In this document: positions 39,855 through 54,500 of the stretch, in pieces
How positions within the stretch are numbered: the stretch's first letter is position 1
Layout of the letters: every line of letters starts with the position of its first letter
From: Lingula anatina
Lineage: Eukaryota; Animalia; Brachiopoda
DNA length: 64,000 nucleotides
Assembly: GCA_051362555.1 (NCBI GenBank)
Contig: CM120642.1
Coordinates: forward strand, 6,138,001 to 6,202,000
Direction: 5' to 3'
Program-made: the position numbers and the translations under genes
Notes under the pieces: generated by a model
The model's database searches: none
Told to the model about the DNA's origin: nothing
What the model saw: the letters and a program-made list of their open reading frames with translations, nothing else

Positions 39855-40321
39855 ATGAGGAAAGGCAAGTACAGGTGTTGCAGCTCGGGAAGCTGGAAGA
39901 AGCCTGAAGGGAGCTCCAGAGTGGGTTCAGCCGAGATCTACCGCTCCCCAGCAGACCTGAGAACATCAGTCATTGCAGAGGAACAGTTTCACGGTGGCAG
40001 CAGAGGTGGCAGTGGTGGTGGTGGTGGTGGCAGTCGCGACTCTTCTCCCTGCAGTCGACGTCACAGTAGTTATTACCCTCAGCCAGGTGTGACACAAGGA
40101 AGTGACACCATCACGCAGCCACAGCACACCATGACCAGTACAGAGGTTGGGAGGACATCCTCGAGTCCTCAGAGGATTGACACGAGTCCTCAGAGGATTG
40201 ACAGGGTGAATACGCCAGGGGGGTTGGGGCAGCACGATGATATGAAAAGGAAGCCTACTGGGTGCAGTGTGGATAAAAATTTATCTAAATGGCCGACTAT
40301 GACACAGCTGAAGCCTTATAT
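39855..40321 (+). CDS. KLHL5: KLHL5-like alternative first coding exon C, encoding a 155-aa Ser/Gly-rich low-complexity N-terminus
   Basis: GC-rich ORF (MRKGKYRCC..GGSRGGSGGGGGGSRDSSPCSRRHSS..). Its apparent stop lies within a consensus donor AT|GTAAGT (40322), phase 2, giving ATG in frame with exon 45551. Confidence 0.72.
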
Positions 40322-41814
40322 GTAAGTAAAGTGATGGGGAAACATTGTCTTGATTATGTACAAACATTTCTGATAGAAGTGAACTTTGTATCGTCAGGGT
40401 TGTTTTCTAGCTGGAGCTCCTTATATAATAATATTCTGTATACATAAGTATAAGCAGATCTTGATTAACCATTAACTGCTGTCTTTATAGTTATGAGCAG
40501 AGCATAAATGTTTTAGATCAATCTCTTTTTGATTGTTTTTGGTAAAACGGTAACAAATAAAAAACCTATGCACTGGCATTTTCACATATGCCCATACATG
40601 CAGCCATGCATATTATTCATGAAGCCATTTGACAGAGTTACACATATCATATAATAAGGAGTTGTGTTGTTAAGAAAAATGCAACCTTGACAAATCAAGA
40701 GGAGAACAACAACACTGTCAAAGAGACCCATTAATGTCTATTTCTTTGATGTTGTCACCGGGTGTCTACAGAGCAGGCCAGGTGCACAGACATCAGACGC
40801 CAAGTACGAGGAAACGTACAAATCTGCACACGGCCCTGTTGTCACTGCACAGCTGTCAGTAAATATACTGTGACGCAAATTAGGATATGAAAAAAGGAAA
40901 TTACAGAAACCCACCAGTTTGAAAATGACAACATTGGTCTGGGTTTAGATACATGGGGCACTTTTGAGGAGAAGAGCATGTGACCTGTTGGGGGGAGGGG
41001 GGGGGGGAGGAAGGTGTAGTCTTTGATGCATTGGTAAAAATGAGAAATGAAAGGTATATGGTCCTTAGAAAAACAGTAAATATAAATGAGATATTCATTC
41101 ATTCTTCTTTTTTCTTTTTCTTACTTGCATTAATGTCAGTGTATGATACAGAATACAGATATTCTGAGTTGGCTGATTCAATATTGAATGCGAGTCGGGG
41201 GCAGAAATGGAGAATAAAAGTAGCTTTATGGGGAATGATAGAGTTTACTACAGGGCAAATGACTGTGGAATGGCTCCATAGATAAGCTGCAGTTCTGTTG
41301 GGTGATTTTCTGCGAGTTCCAAAAGCTATTTTGCAACATCTCAGTTTCCCAGAGGGCAGCCTCCAGCATGGGGAAGTGCAAGTGCTTTGTAATCATACAC
41401 CGTGGAAAGTAGGGAAGTTATCTCAATCATTTACCTTTCGGCTGATCACTGGTTAAAGGTAAGATTCTTGTTATGGGAGACGTTTACATTGGCTGTGGAT
41501 TTTTGGGAGAGATGGGATGAAGTTACTCCAGTGACCAGTGAGGAATTGTTTGGATCAGATATTGTTACGGGTTTTTTAATGTCAGGGAGAATATTTAGAT
41601 GTGGCATATTTAGTGCTCATTGGGAGAGGATGGTTTGTATTTAGACATCAAAGCCACATTGCAGCGGCCAATTTTTTCTTGCAGTGTGTTATTTTATCAC
41701 CCTGAATGATAGAGAGTACAGAGACTTTTCTGTACCCAGCATTTTCTTCACCATCGCCTTGAGTTTCACAGTAACGAGAGAGACTTTTCTGCTCCTGTTC
41801 AGCAGTTACTCTTA

Positions 41815-42367
41815 TACCGCGTTCACACTACAGTTGCCAAAATGCGCATTTCTATAATTCGGATTTTTCGTAAGGAATCAGATTCGGTATTGCGTTCACA
41901 CTCGCTAAGCGAATCCGAATCCCACGTTGAAAATTTCAGGTTAAACTTCCTGTTTTGAACAGTCGCACATGCGCCGCACAGGAAATCTTAAAATATCAAC
42001 AAAAATTTGTGACGACAAATGCAACTCAAAAGACATTCCAGCATTCTTGAGAAGTATAAGGTGGCAAAATAAGTTTGTTTCCTTATGTTGTAGTGAGTGG
42101 TGACCGCCAAATACGTTTGGTGCAATCGCTTAAGTAATAAACCAGCGTTCATAGATACCCGCACTTATCTGCACACATGCGCAGTAAGATCTGTACAGGT
42201 GTCAATTCCTGTAAGTTATCCGGATCGCGCTTAGAAATCCACCTCGCTTGCAGGATTTTGAAAATGCGCATTTTCAAAATCCTCTTGCGTTCACACTACT
42301 GCATTTATTCGAATTGTGACCTAATTTGCAACTTATCAGGATAACTGAGCGTAGTGTGAACGGGGTA
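41815..42367. mobile_element. MITE / non-autonomous DNA transposon, about 550 bp
   Basis: TIRs TACCGCGTTCACACTAC and GTAGTGTGAACGGGGTA; internal GCGTTCACACT repeats near 41893 and 42287; CpG-richer than its flanks. Confidence 0.75.
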
Positions 42368-44025
42368 GTAATTACCCTGAACTTCAAGGGTTCTGACAAG
42401 ACTTCTCTATTTCATTCTCTTTCAGTTTATTCGGGAGCGTCATAATTTGCCTGGCTGCGCAGGATAGCCCGTCTAAGATTCTGAAACTCTTGGGTGAATT
42501 TTGGAGAACTGTTGTCTCAGAGAATACCTGAATTATATAACATCTGGGAGGTTCAATTTGTTCTGACCCATATAGCCTGGTTGTGTAAATATTCCTTGTG
42601 CCATACATGTGTTTTCACACCTCCAGCAGGTATGTGGTTCATCTGTTATGTCAGAAGGTGGTATGTGATTACGCACTATCAGTGTTTTTTTAGGCTATCA
42701 TTCTCTCCATATATATGCGGCTAGCTACTGATCTGATCCAGGAATTTTTTTCAGTGTGTGTCAGGTATTTGTGTAAAAACTGGACATACTTGCCTTTGCG
42801 TTTGCATAAACTTTTGAAAAGATGTGCTTATGACTCTTTTGTAGCAGAAATTATAGCAAGACAATAAAAAAGGAGGTGATCTACTCAAAATAAATTGCTT
42901 GCAAGCTTTGCCTGAATGGTACGAATCAGTTAAATGTAGAAACCCCCCCCCCTGCCCCCCCACGTTTTCGTGCAAGAGAACATAGGCACTTCGATGCAGA
43001 GGTATAAAAAGGTTATAAATAAGACAAAAGTGTAATGGGTTTCGCAGAAGAGGCAAGAAAGATGGACTTCGACAGGACAGTGTTCATTGAGCAGCATCTT
43101 GCACTTGAGTATGATACAAAATGGTGTTGATGCTTTTTACAGACTACATTTTCACCTTCACCAGTCGTATTGATTTTGTTATTTTCTAAGTATTCCTTTG
43201 TGGTAGTAAATACAGTATTGTTACCCAAGCAGAAGTCTTCTGTCATTACAGATGGTTCCTTTATGGCCATTATGTGCAGAATTTTGCACAGTGTATGAAT
43301 TGGGAACATTTGTCTTTTAAATGGCTCTATATTGCAGGTTTTAGGGAAACGGAGAAATCTGTTTACTTACCAGGACAATACAGGCAGTTTTGTGAATGTC
43401 CTTGGCATCCCCCCCCCCCCTTCCAATAATACTGTGAATATCAAATTAATAGTCTCTCATAATAAATTATTTTTTCAATCAAATTTTGAGGAGAGACCTT
43501 TCTTTCAAAGTGGTTCCATTGTGACAACATACCCCATAATGGTTATTCTTGGTAATGAAAAATGTCCTCTTTCAATATTGTTTCTTTTCTTTTCTCTATT
43601 AATCCCTGAAAAGGGTATTCTTATTGGGTCTTATGGGAAATTATCTTGGAGGCCATTTCCAAACTGATGAGATTTACTTGATACTTTATCCCCTTTGGGA
43701 GTAGTACTACAAGTGCCATATGTTATGATCATTTAGTTAATGAAGAGTTACTGTCCTCTATATATGTTTGATAAGGAATAGATGGGGAATGGTAATTTGT
43801 GACTATAATTGTATCTAAAGGATATGGCAGTCGGTGACCTCGGGATCGGGTCTTAATAATTGAATAGTGGGGATTCATTAAAAGTGTGGCTGTACTTTAA
43901 GGAAGAAACGTGCGTCATAGAGAGAGAAAGAGGGAGGAGGAGGGAGAATGGAAAAGGGAGTGATTAAAGGAGAGTGGTGGAAGTGAGAAAGACAAACAAT
44001 AGAAAAAAGACAGTACTAAGAAGGC

Positions 44026-44435
44026 CGGGAATGCACCCACTCTTTGAACCCAGTGGGGAATGCACCCACTCTTTGAACCCAGTGGGGAATACACCCACTC
44101 TTTGAACCCAGTGGGGAATGCATCCACTCTTTGAACCCAGTGGGGAATCCACCCATCTTTGAACCCAGTAGGGAATGCACCCACTCTTTGAACCCAGTGG
44201 GGAATGCATCCACTCTTTGAACCCAGTGGGGAAGCCACCCATCTTTGAACCCAGTAGGGAATGCACCCACTCTTTGAACCCAGTGGGGAATGCATCCACT
44301 CTTTGAACCCAGTGGGGAATACACCCATCTTTGAACCCAGTAGGGAATGCACCCACTCTTTGAACCCAGTGGGGAATACTCCCACTCTTTGAACCCAGTG
44401 GGATCCCAGTAATAACTCAGTAGGAACCCAGTGGG
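44026..44435 (+). repeat. Minisatellite, 28-29-bp unit GGGGAATGCACCCACTCTTTGAACCCAGT, about 13 copies
   Basis: Head-to-tail units at 44026, 44055, 44084 and onward with no spacers; explains the repetitive minus-strand ORFs 43915-44538. Confidence 0.95.
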
Positions 44436-45550
44436 GCATAATTGAACTGCCTGCAGGAGGCAGCCGGGGAGTGGCAGATAAATATTGCAAAAGATCAGCT
44501 GTGTTCCTGCCAGAGCAGATGCTCAGTGGGATTGTCATGGCTGCTTTCCTGAAATAGGCAAAAAAAAGTTCAATTTACAGAGCACAGTATTATTAATTAC
44601 ATGGGTCTAGAGGGAGGCATTGTGAAGCTGCCAGTCATTTTGATTTCCTTTCTGAAATTTATGGATTCTGTTATTGTCCCTGCCAGTGAAGGAAGCTGTA
44701 GCATTGTTGTGTACTATATATAAATATATATGTGTATGTACGTATTTCATGTCTGGCTTACTTAATATAGCAGACTTGAAATCTTCCATGACATCATGCT
44801 ATAACTCTATTATGTTTTTATTTATAACTGTCTTGTGGTGAAGCAGCATGTGACAAGTTTACGAAGTTTGTTGGGTGTGCTTATATAGTATATATATGTG
44901 TGGATTGTATTATGCCATAAAACCAGTATATGCTTTATTAGCTGTTATAAAGGGTAAGGGAAAGATACATCCAGTGTTAAGTGGAGAAGAAGGTAGGAGG
45001 TTCATTGTTTTAAAACATGGAAAGGTTTCTTTACTTAGAACATTGTGGTTGAAGCTAATGCATGGTGGCGAAAGGTTACATTGTTTTTAAAGTACGATAT
45101 TTAGCTAAAAATAACTGTAATACTATGGATGTGGTTGACTTTACGTGTCTGTTCATGTGATGTGAGTATGTAAGTACAAACTGTTATCTGAAAATGACCA
45201 ACCTGCAAGAAATTTGAGGCAACCAGCGCAACCCATGTGCTTTCTTTTCTTTTCCTTTTATTTTTGAACTGGGGGAAAGTTTTCACTTTCTGAGTAGAGA
45301 ATGCCATATTATCGCATGTACTTCCTTAAATTTTATTGTTAGCCATGTCTGACTTAGGATAAATAGAAGCTGAGCACAAAGTTTATTACTACCAGCAGCA
45401 ATTTTGCCAATGGCTGTCTAGAAAAAGTAGACTGGCTGACATATCTCACAAGTTGGAGAGTGATGTGCATGATTACATACAATATTGTGATATTGTTTCC
45501 ATTTCTTTTCATTTCTTTTCAATGAAAAAAAAATCTTTTGTATATTCCAG

Positions 45551-48500
45551 GTACCTGGTCCACCATACGTACGGGGGCTACCATTGTAACAGAATGGAGG
45601 ACCAGAACACAGAAGACCTGTACCGATCCATAAACCATGCGGAACGCATGATCCGCAAGGTGGAAGTCTATGCACAAAAACGTTTACTCTGTGATGTCGT
45701 CCTGCTCGTGGGAGAGCGCACCATTCCAGCTCATAGGCTCATTCTTAGTGCAGCTTCCGATTACTTCGCTGCGATGTTTACAAATGACGTCCGCGAGGCC
45801 ACACAAGAGGAGATTAGGATGAAGGACGTTGATTCTGATGCCCTAGCTGCTTTAGTACAGTACATGTATACTGGTAGGTTAACAGTACCACTTCACAATT
45901 TAAACTTTTCTAAGGGCGCATTCCCATAGATTTTAGATCGATCTATCCCCGTGGGTAATCTCACTAGATTACTGTCAGATAATCTGGCTTAAATGTCCGT
46001 CCCGCCTACTATAAGCTGTAAGGGGGTAATTAACTTTCGTACCTGCTCGGTTGACAGCTATTTAGCGTGAACCCCCAGGGAGTTAGGTCGATCTAGTTGG
46101 ATCGATCTAATCTCTGGGAATGGGGTATAAAACTGTTTTGTTTAAGAATTTAATTTTTGTGTGTTTGTTTGCACGTGATTTTGCTCATGTGGGCATGAAC
46201 AATGAAATCACTCTCTGATTTCCAGCAGATTTGATCATTCATAATTATCCTTTAAAAGTTGTACCTGAAAAAAATTTTGACATTTTTTTTTTTTCAAGTG
46301 AGCTGGGCTAATGTCAGCCATTGTGTTTTCAAAAGTAGCAACAAAAAGTTTTGTTTGAAAAGACATACTAGAATAAGCGATTATGTTTGAAATCTGTGAA
46401 CAATTGCAGTATACATTGACAAGGAAGCAGAGAATGTGCACTGTAATCAAGACAAGAAAATACCCCCGCAGCCACCAGTATGTTACTATTAGGAGAAAAA
46501 TAAGATTGTCACCAGGTTGGAACATGTGAAAGAATTCCTAGTAAAGATGATGTACATTATTAATGAGCTCTAAATGTGACACAGCATATTTCATTGAAAT
46601 GGATTATTTTTTTCACTATTATGTGGAATGGGACCTTTATTAGACAAAAAAGGGATTGCAACCAAGATGAATGTTGCATTTGATAGAAATTCAAATAAAG
46701 ATGGTGTAATGCAATATTAATTTGCTATAAAATGACATTGTATTGAAGTAGATTTTTTCTCTCAATGTTGCTTAGAAGGGGACCTAATTAAGTCTAATGA
46801 AACAACAAATAATTTGCTTAGGCATTAAACTGAAAAGATAATCAGTTGATTTTTTACCAGTTAAAGTTTTCCCCCTGAGGACATTTGTTTAATGTCACAC
46901 ATGTGTGTCACACATTGTAACGTATGCATCTACATGGATAGATGAAAATGTACAAAGGAATGCAAATATATATAAATATGAATTATGATCAAAAGTGATA
47001 TTGTATGACTCCTTGTATGAAAAAAAAAAAATACAAAACATATTTGGCGGAGCCCAAATAGCTCTACCTACTCAACACATGTGTGTGTGTGTAATGCCCA
47101 ACTTATTCTGTGTGCTTTCATCTGCCCTTCTGTAATTTTAGCCTCACTTTGGCATTATAAGTTAACTTAAGTATGAAGTGCATTTGATGTGATTGTTTCC
47201 TGAAATGACTATGAAAATTTATAAAACATAAACATAGATTGAAGCTTGTAGCCATAGGGTGTCTGTAGCTCAGCTTGAAGGTCACAGTGTATGCTGGCCT
47301 CTAGAAACATTCAGATGCAATATGATGTTGTGTATAAACTACAAATGGCCTGTTACCAGGAGTAAAATTAAGGAGCTTAACCCAGAGGCAGTTAAGACTC
47401 ATTACACAAAGCCATCGCTGTCAGAGAAAAATTACCAAGAGCACAGCCCATAAATACGGGTGACAGGGAGAAATCCACGGGGGACGGCAAAGAGCATGGG
47501 AAAGTTTTTTATTGCATTAGAATACTGTGTCTTTTAGCACCTCTCAGTGAGGCTGAGTCACTGTAAATGGCATGACATCATCCTATTAGATAATAGAAAT
47601 AATGGTCCCAGTGTATCAGAGGGATGAAGTGAACAAATCTGATTATCAATTATTTAGAACAAGCTTTTAAGAGAAGGGATTTCATTCTGTTATTATATTT
47701 TCCAAACACATTAAGTATGCATGCTCACATATGTGCGATAAAAAGAATTACGTTTGAGCTAGTATCATAAAACATTGAAGATTTGCAAATGTAAGATAGA
47801 CGCTAGCTGATTCCATTAGTTTTATGATTTTTATTGTTCATTAATGAAGTTGAGATGGATAAGAATCACCTTCTGGCATATGGAATTAAAGCTGGAGAAA
47901 AAAACAGGTGTTGGGAGACTACTAGCTGCAATCAGTGAAAAAACGTATTGTATTCTTTCCATTGATCCAAACTTGATGAAAAGATTCGGTGCCTGGTCAG
48001 TTGGGGAGAATAATGAATGCTAAAAAGGCTGAATGACTGAAAGAAACATGATAGAACTAGCTGATATTTGGTTTTCTAAATGAGGAAAACTCAGCTGTGG
48101 TTTTCTTTATGTACATAAGTGATCAATATGATGCGTACAGAAAAAGCTTTTAGTCCTTGCTATCTTGAGCTATTGATTTTCACATCTTCCCTGAGAGTTG
48201 AGACAAATTTGATAAAGGATCTTTCCCCTAGATTTAATGAAAAAGGTTCAGGAGAGCCTGAAGGGGAAGCTTGCGATGGCCATAAAAATTCTATTACCAA
48301 TGATTGTTGACACTTATATTTAACTGTTAGATTTCATACATATCCGACTTTCGCAGATTTTGATTGGGTTTTTCTTTGTCAAGCATGCCTGATTTATTCC
48401 CGTTTTCCATTCGTGACAGGAATCCTTTGAAATGCAAGTTGAGAGATTTCGACGTTTTGAATGACTGTCATCAACAGAAGAGATCTTTTTTGTCGAGATG

Positions 48501-51500
48501 AAAGCACTTCTGATGTGAAGAACGTTATTGTTAATCTTATAATACTCTGTAGTGATATTGATCCTGGGAATTATCTTCTCCCCATTAACCCAGGACCATG
48601 GCACTTTTTCCTAAATTTAGTTTCTTTTTCACAGTTTCTGAAAGGGAATCATGCTGTTTCTGTTCTTTTCCTTTTTATTATTTTTTCCTTTTATTTGCTT
48701 TTCATCTATTTTTAAGTGGTTTTGATGTGATTTGTAAGAGTTTCCAAAAGGAAATAACATTGATTCTTTTTATTTTCCATTTTTCCCTTTTCTCCTTTTT
48801 TATGTGGTTTTAAGATTTGTCAAAAAGATCATTACTCAAGATATTATTAACTTATTTGAGGATACAAACAAATCTCCATGAGCAAATGTGTGCATGAGCA
48901 GGCATGCATGTGGGTAAATGTTTTCTAGCTTAGGGACATTTTACACATTTTCCAATGCACACTTGCTCTCCTAGATTAAATTCTGCCTCAATTACCCAAA
49001 GGGAATTACAGGAACAACTGATTGAATGATAATTAAGTTTTGTCTGAAGCTGAAACCTGTTCTAATTCTGCTTTCGTCACAGTTGCCTCCAAAATCCTTC
49101 GCGAGCCAAATTAAGCAGTAGAGTTAAAAAGAAAGAGTGTTTAAACAACATTCACAAAAGTGCTGGGACTGGAGATCAGTTTGAAGAATCAAATTATAAG
49201 GTATGATTGTTTTTCCTCCACTGATATTGCACCCACAATGCTATGGTCCCGGAGTTCACTGTAGCCAGATGAGTGGTTCCTGTGATGTATTTGGGAGACT
49301 AGACAATTTGATTTGCATAGTGCTACTTGTTGGTGGAGAGAGAGGGTAGTAGTGGTTCACCATCTGCGATGGCATTTTTTCTCTGCTATAGTTAAAAGAC
49401 ATCCAGTTCCTCAGGATTGAGCAGTCCCCGAGATGGGAGATCAAAGAGAGAAATAAAAATCACTGTTCAATAGTTTTTTCGCAATATCGGTGACTTTTGT
49501 CCCACTTAGCCTTTCATTTATAAACAACGTAACCAACACTTCATCTCTTCTGTGGCAGTGGCGCAGTTATGCAGTTATCACACATAATGAAAGCACGCCA
49601 TTTTGACAGCTTTGTCACTTCTGCGGTTCTGAGCAATTCTCTTCACTAAATTAAACATCAATTTCGCCATCCATCTACACTTAACTGGAACAATTGAACT
49701 GCAATTTTAAACCATCATACAGGGACTTACTGGGAACCTACTCTGATGAAGGTTATGATGGATGACAAATAGTGCCTTTGTTGTTTTTTTCAAAAGATAT
49801 TTTCATCAAACTGGGGAAAAACAGTCAAATGTGACTTGGTCAAATTTAAATTAAAATTATCTTTATTATAATCACTATTATTAGTTTAAAAGACTCTAAT
49901 TACTATTACCATTGTGGACAAAAAAAATTTTAAGCAATTGCACCGACTGTTATATTTATGTAGAAAAAATTTTCAAAAAAATTGCTTCATTTCAATTTGC
50001 CTTAGCTAAGTTCTCTAACTCCCAAGATATCTGTAACATCCAAACTACTTCTCAGTAGTGATGCCTTTTAAAAGAGCCGACCATAAAAGATGTGAATATT
50101 TCATTAAGGAACATTATCAGATTCTCATCTTTCTGAGCAGTCTTTCCATCCATCACAATGTACCATTAATGGAGAGCTATTAAGCTTATACCAGGCAACA
50201 TAACCCTATATAGCAGCACAGATTACAGCAACGCCTTTAATCATACTTTCAAGAAGGAAAAAAAGAGAGAGAAAGAAAGAGATGAAAAAACTATACATTA
50301 CACCAGATGTGCAATTGTACCTTCATATTTCAAAAATGGGGAAATTTGCTGTAATAGCCTTTGGCAGACTGCAGTAATTTCTCTCTATTGGATTCCCTCC
50401 ATTACGGTTGGCTGCCCAGGCGACACGATCCATCAGCCGAGGCCCCGAACCTAACACATGCTCCCCGTTTTACTCTCGCCCATGTGATTTCATTCCATGT
50501 TTCACTACAGTTGACTGCAAATCACATTTTCTCTGGCATAATAATATTGGTGAGACCAACGCAATTATCCACTCCTTCTCTCCGACCCTATTAAGAGAAT
50601 TAGCTCCTGGGTTACCTGACGCCAGGCTGTGGCAAGATTTAGATTGTCTGCCATTTGCATGAAGACACTGATGTCTACTCTCTTTTCATAAGAAAAATAC
50701 AAAATAAAATGAAAAAAAAAAATTTTGATAAAAACTTAATTTCTCACATATATAATCTCTAATCCTGTGTCCTGCACAAGTTGCTTATTTGAGACTTTTT
50801 AGAAAAGAAAAAAGAGGACTAAGCATGCATTTTAGCAGGCAATTTTCTTGGTCTCTTCACACAGGCCTAGGCTAAACAATGTGTTGGCGAGTATTTGCAA
50901 ACAACTGGGAAAAATAAATAAAAGATTAAAAAAAAAAAACAAAAAAAACAATGATTAATAAGTTTGATTCACAGCCATACAATAAAACTTTGGGACAGCT
51001 CAACTCTACAGCAATTCTGCATCGTCCAGAAAAAGCAGCAGAATGCCTCTGTTACTTTTCAAAATTGGTGGAACATTAACCATCTTCAGGGTTTCCCAGT
51101 GACTTTCTCGCCAACAAGCATATCCTCTTTTTTTATACAAACCTCAAGCACCATCAGCCTTCAGTGATAAGTACGTCTTTTTCCTGTGAGTCAAGATGTC
51201 AAACATGGGCAGACAAATGAAAATATTCTCCCATACTTTGGCATGGGAATGAAAATATTTCTAGTTGCCCCACACAGGTTGTTTGAGAATGGATCTCCTC
51301 ATTTATCTGGTCAATGCCAGGCCCACACATGAATAATCAGAGGAAAAAACTCTTCAAGTAAACCGCAGAGTGCTCCTTATTTCTACCCTTTTTTCACCTA
51401 GCTAGGTGCCAGTTTAACAAATGAAATTTTGGACCAAAACTATAGCATTTTGGCTCAAGATAAATGAGTGTTTACTTCAAGAAAATACTGTGCCTGTTTT

Positions 51501-54500
51501 ATAATAAGTAGGAAATGACTTTGGTTTCATACCAATGGCTGCTTGTTTTGATTGACATCTAGAGATCTATTATGAATTAAAGTCAATTAAAATTCAGGTC
51601 TTAAAGTTAAAACTTTTAGCCAAGTTTTTTTTTTCAATCCATCTCCTGATATAATGCAGGTTTTGATATCTTTCTGATTTCAAGAATGCCTTCACAGATA
51701 GCATAGGACCATAGGGGTTGGTGGTCAGCAGCTTGCCTTCTCCAAGTAGGCGTCAACTTATAAGCTTTTACCAAATGTTAAGATCTGTACAACTTTCAAA
51801 GACGACCTTAGGAGAGGTGTTTAGCCATGGTATAATTCACTTCCCAATCTCAGTTTTACTCTGTACTTGAAAATATCATTACTGCATTTTTCTTTAGCTA
51901 AATTACATCCACATGTATTACATTTTTACAATTTACTTTTTCATTACTCTCATTTCCTTTAAACTTTGCTGAAAATCTGTTTTTCATACAAGAATAAACT
52001 TTGTTCGTTCCTTTTTTCCCCTTTCTGCTGAAACAAGTTTTCAGGAATGTCAATAACGAGGCACAGGTTTCACTGATTAATTGTCAACAAGTAGCTCAAA
52101 ATGACTTGAACCCAACCAATTTTTTCTTAAGTTCAAAATGTCCCCCTTCCTGCGATAAATACCCAAAGGAATTTTATTATTTTTGGCACCACTATGATCT
52201 GTATTTCCCTGTTCTTATTTAAGAGAAGTGGTTTAAGAGGTAATTTTTTCAACCGAAATTTGATATTCTCTTTGACAAGACATAAATACAAAAGAACATT
52301 TTTTTCACTGACAGTTTTGCATTTAATGGCCCCAAGGAATGAAACTGCTATAAAGAAGATAATTTATTTTGGGTAGGGGGTATGAGATAAGAGGAAGAAT
52401 AGCAGCAATATAACATATGTACATAAGTTACACAGAGCATTTGCATACTAGAATTAAAGACTGTGAAGACATTTTATAAAAACAATTCATTTACTAAAAC
52501 AATAACTATCATGATTTTGTGACATTCACTTGGTTCAAACCAGTATACTCATAAGTACGTCTTGTTATGCCAACAGACTGTGTTCATATTCTTCATTTAG
52601 ACAATAATAAACTCCATGTAAAACCAATCAATCAATTAAAACAAACAAGTAAGATAACTGTCATGTTTTTCTGACATTCACTTGGCACAGCCAGGTATAC
52701 CCAGCAGCTTATCTTAGAATCTAATACATTACTGCAAGCATCTCCAATCCTGAAGGAACTTGTAAGGGGGGGGGGGGCACTTTAGATGATTCTTTTAGGC
52801 AACAGGCAAGCTATTCAGTTGTCGATCTCTCAGTTAATTGTACCACTGGATGTGAAAGGGGCCTTAATGAGGGGTAATTGCTCCTGAATTTTCAGATATT
52901 TCACTCATTCCAAACATCATGTCATTTTTGAGATTTATAATGTTTAGATACTCACAGATGTATTTCTGAACTAAACCTATTCTAAATATTGTTAGTAGGA
53001 TATTATACTTTTTTTTAACATACAAGCAATAAAAACTGTTTAAATTTCATTAAAAATTACTGCAATCCCAATGGAATATTAACAATGCATCTTAATCTCA
53101 AAAGGTGTTTGCTTAAAAAATAGGGATGCCAAGATAGTAATATTTTCGTGGATGCTTTTGCCAAAGTGTAATGTCACAGGGCTAGCATTTTCTTTGAATT
53201 TCAAGAATTACCCAGATGTTGGAAAATATTCCTGAATTAGTTGCAGGGACTTGGCATGTTTGATCACTTAATGTGCTTACTTTTGATTGGCAGTTCTGTT
53301 AAAGGTAAACTAGTTTGTATAATGTCATCATTTTTTTCCCCCTCTTTACCTTGAGCATTGTCCCATTTCCGTATATTTTCCTAAACTTTACACAAGATGA
53401 ACAGCTTCTGTTGACAGAGGACGGAAATAGTTTTTCTTTGCAAAGAAAACAATGGGAAAGTCTACACAAAGATGATGGGTGGCCATACTGGTGGCTGAGA
53501 AATTGGTTAAGTAAAGATACCTTCTTAGACAGTGTTCTGCTCTCTTGAATAAAGTTACATGACAAAATGTCAGGAAATATGAGTCTTGTCTAAAATTAAT
53601 GTTTCTTTTTACTTGCAGGAAATTTGAAGGAAGCAAGCATGCTACAAAGCATTGTTTAGTCTATGCTGGAAAGATGATGAATCATGACATGGCCAGCTAA
53701 TACTAATACCCTGAATGATTATGCATATATTCTTCCAGCTCAGTAAGATGCTGAATAATCTGTTGTCATGAGTCACATGTTAAAACTTTTTCTCTTTTTG
53801 TGGCTTCCTTCTTCAGGTTTTTGAATTGCTGAAGTATAAATGTATGCATATCAACACTACTAACAGGTTGCCAACTCTTGGAAATATGAACATTTACCTG
53901 TGCTGTACATGTTATGTGCTAACTCATCCAAGAATATGCAGCACTTTGTTTCATGCAAATATGTGAAATGGTTTACATATGTGTATGCTATGTATATGCT
54001 ATTTTGATTGCATGGCACTTGTTTTCGGGGAAGTCTACAAACCCATTTTAGCTAGCCACTGTAATTTGACCACCAGCCCACACCTAGAGGGTACCATGGG
54101 TTTGGCCAGGAACCTCTACCTCAACTGCTGGATATACAAAACCCTATCACCACCATCACTGGCACTTCTCCTCATATACCACAATGGCCTTACTTTATAC
54201 TTATACTTTCAGGAAAAATTTAACTCTGAGATTAATTTGTCATGTCTTGATAGTTTTACTCTTAGGAAAGTTGAACTCCAAGATGAGTCTGCTATGTGTT
54301 GACATTTTTACTTTCAGGAAATATTGAGCTCTGTGATGAGTCTGACATGTCCTTATATTTATACTTTCTGAAGGAACAGTGCGCTGAGATGAATTTGTCA
54401 CAGCTGTACATTTTTACTTACAAAAAATACAAAGCTCAGTGACGAGTCCATCATATCATTATTTTTCTCCTTCCAGGAAGAATTGAGCTGCGAGATGAAT

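Noticed and set aside
44026-44435. 29-bp repeat array resembling a CRISPR array, and repetitive ORFs 43915-44538 on the minus strand
   Set aside because: Units are head-to-tail with no unique spacers, there are no cas genes, and the context is a eukaryotic intron. The ORFs are by-products of a stop-poor minisatellite.
49400-50660. Intronic stretches rich in TAAT/AATTA motifs, suggestive of enhancers
   Set aside because: Such short motifs are expected by chance in AT-rich DNA; cross-species conservation would be needed.
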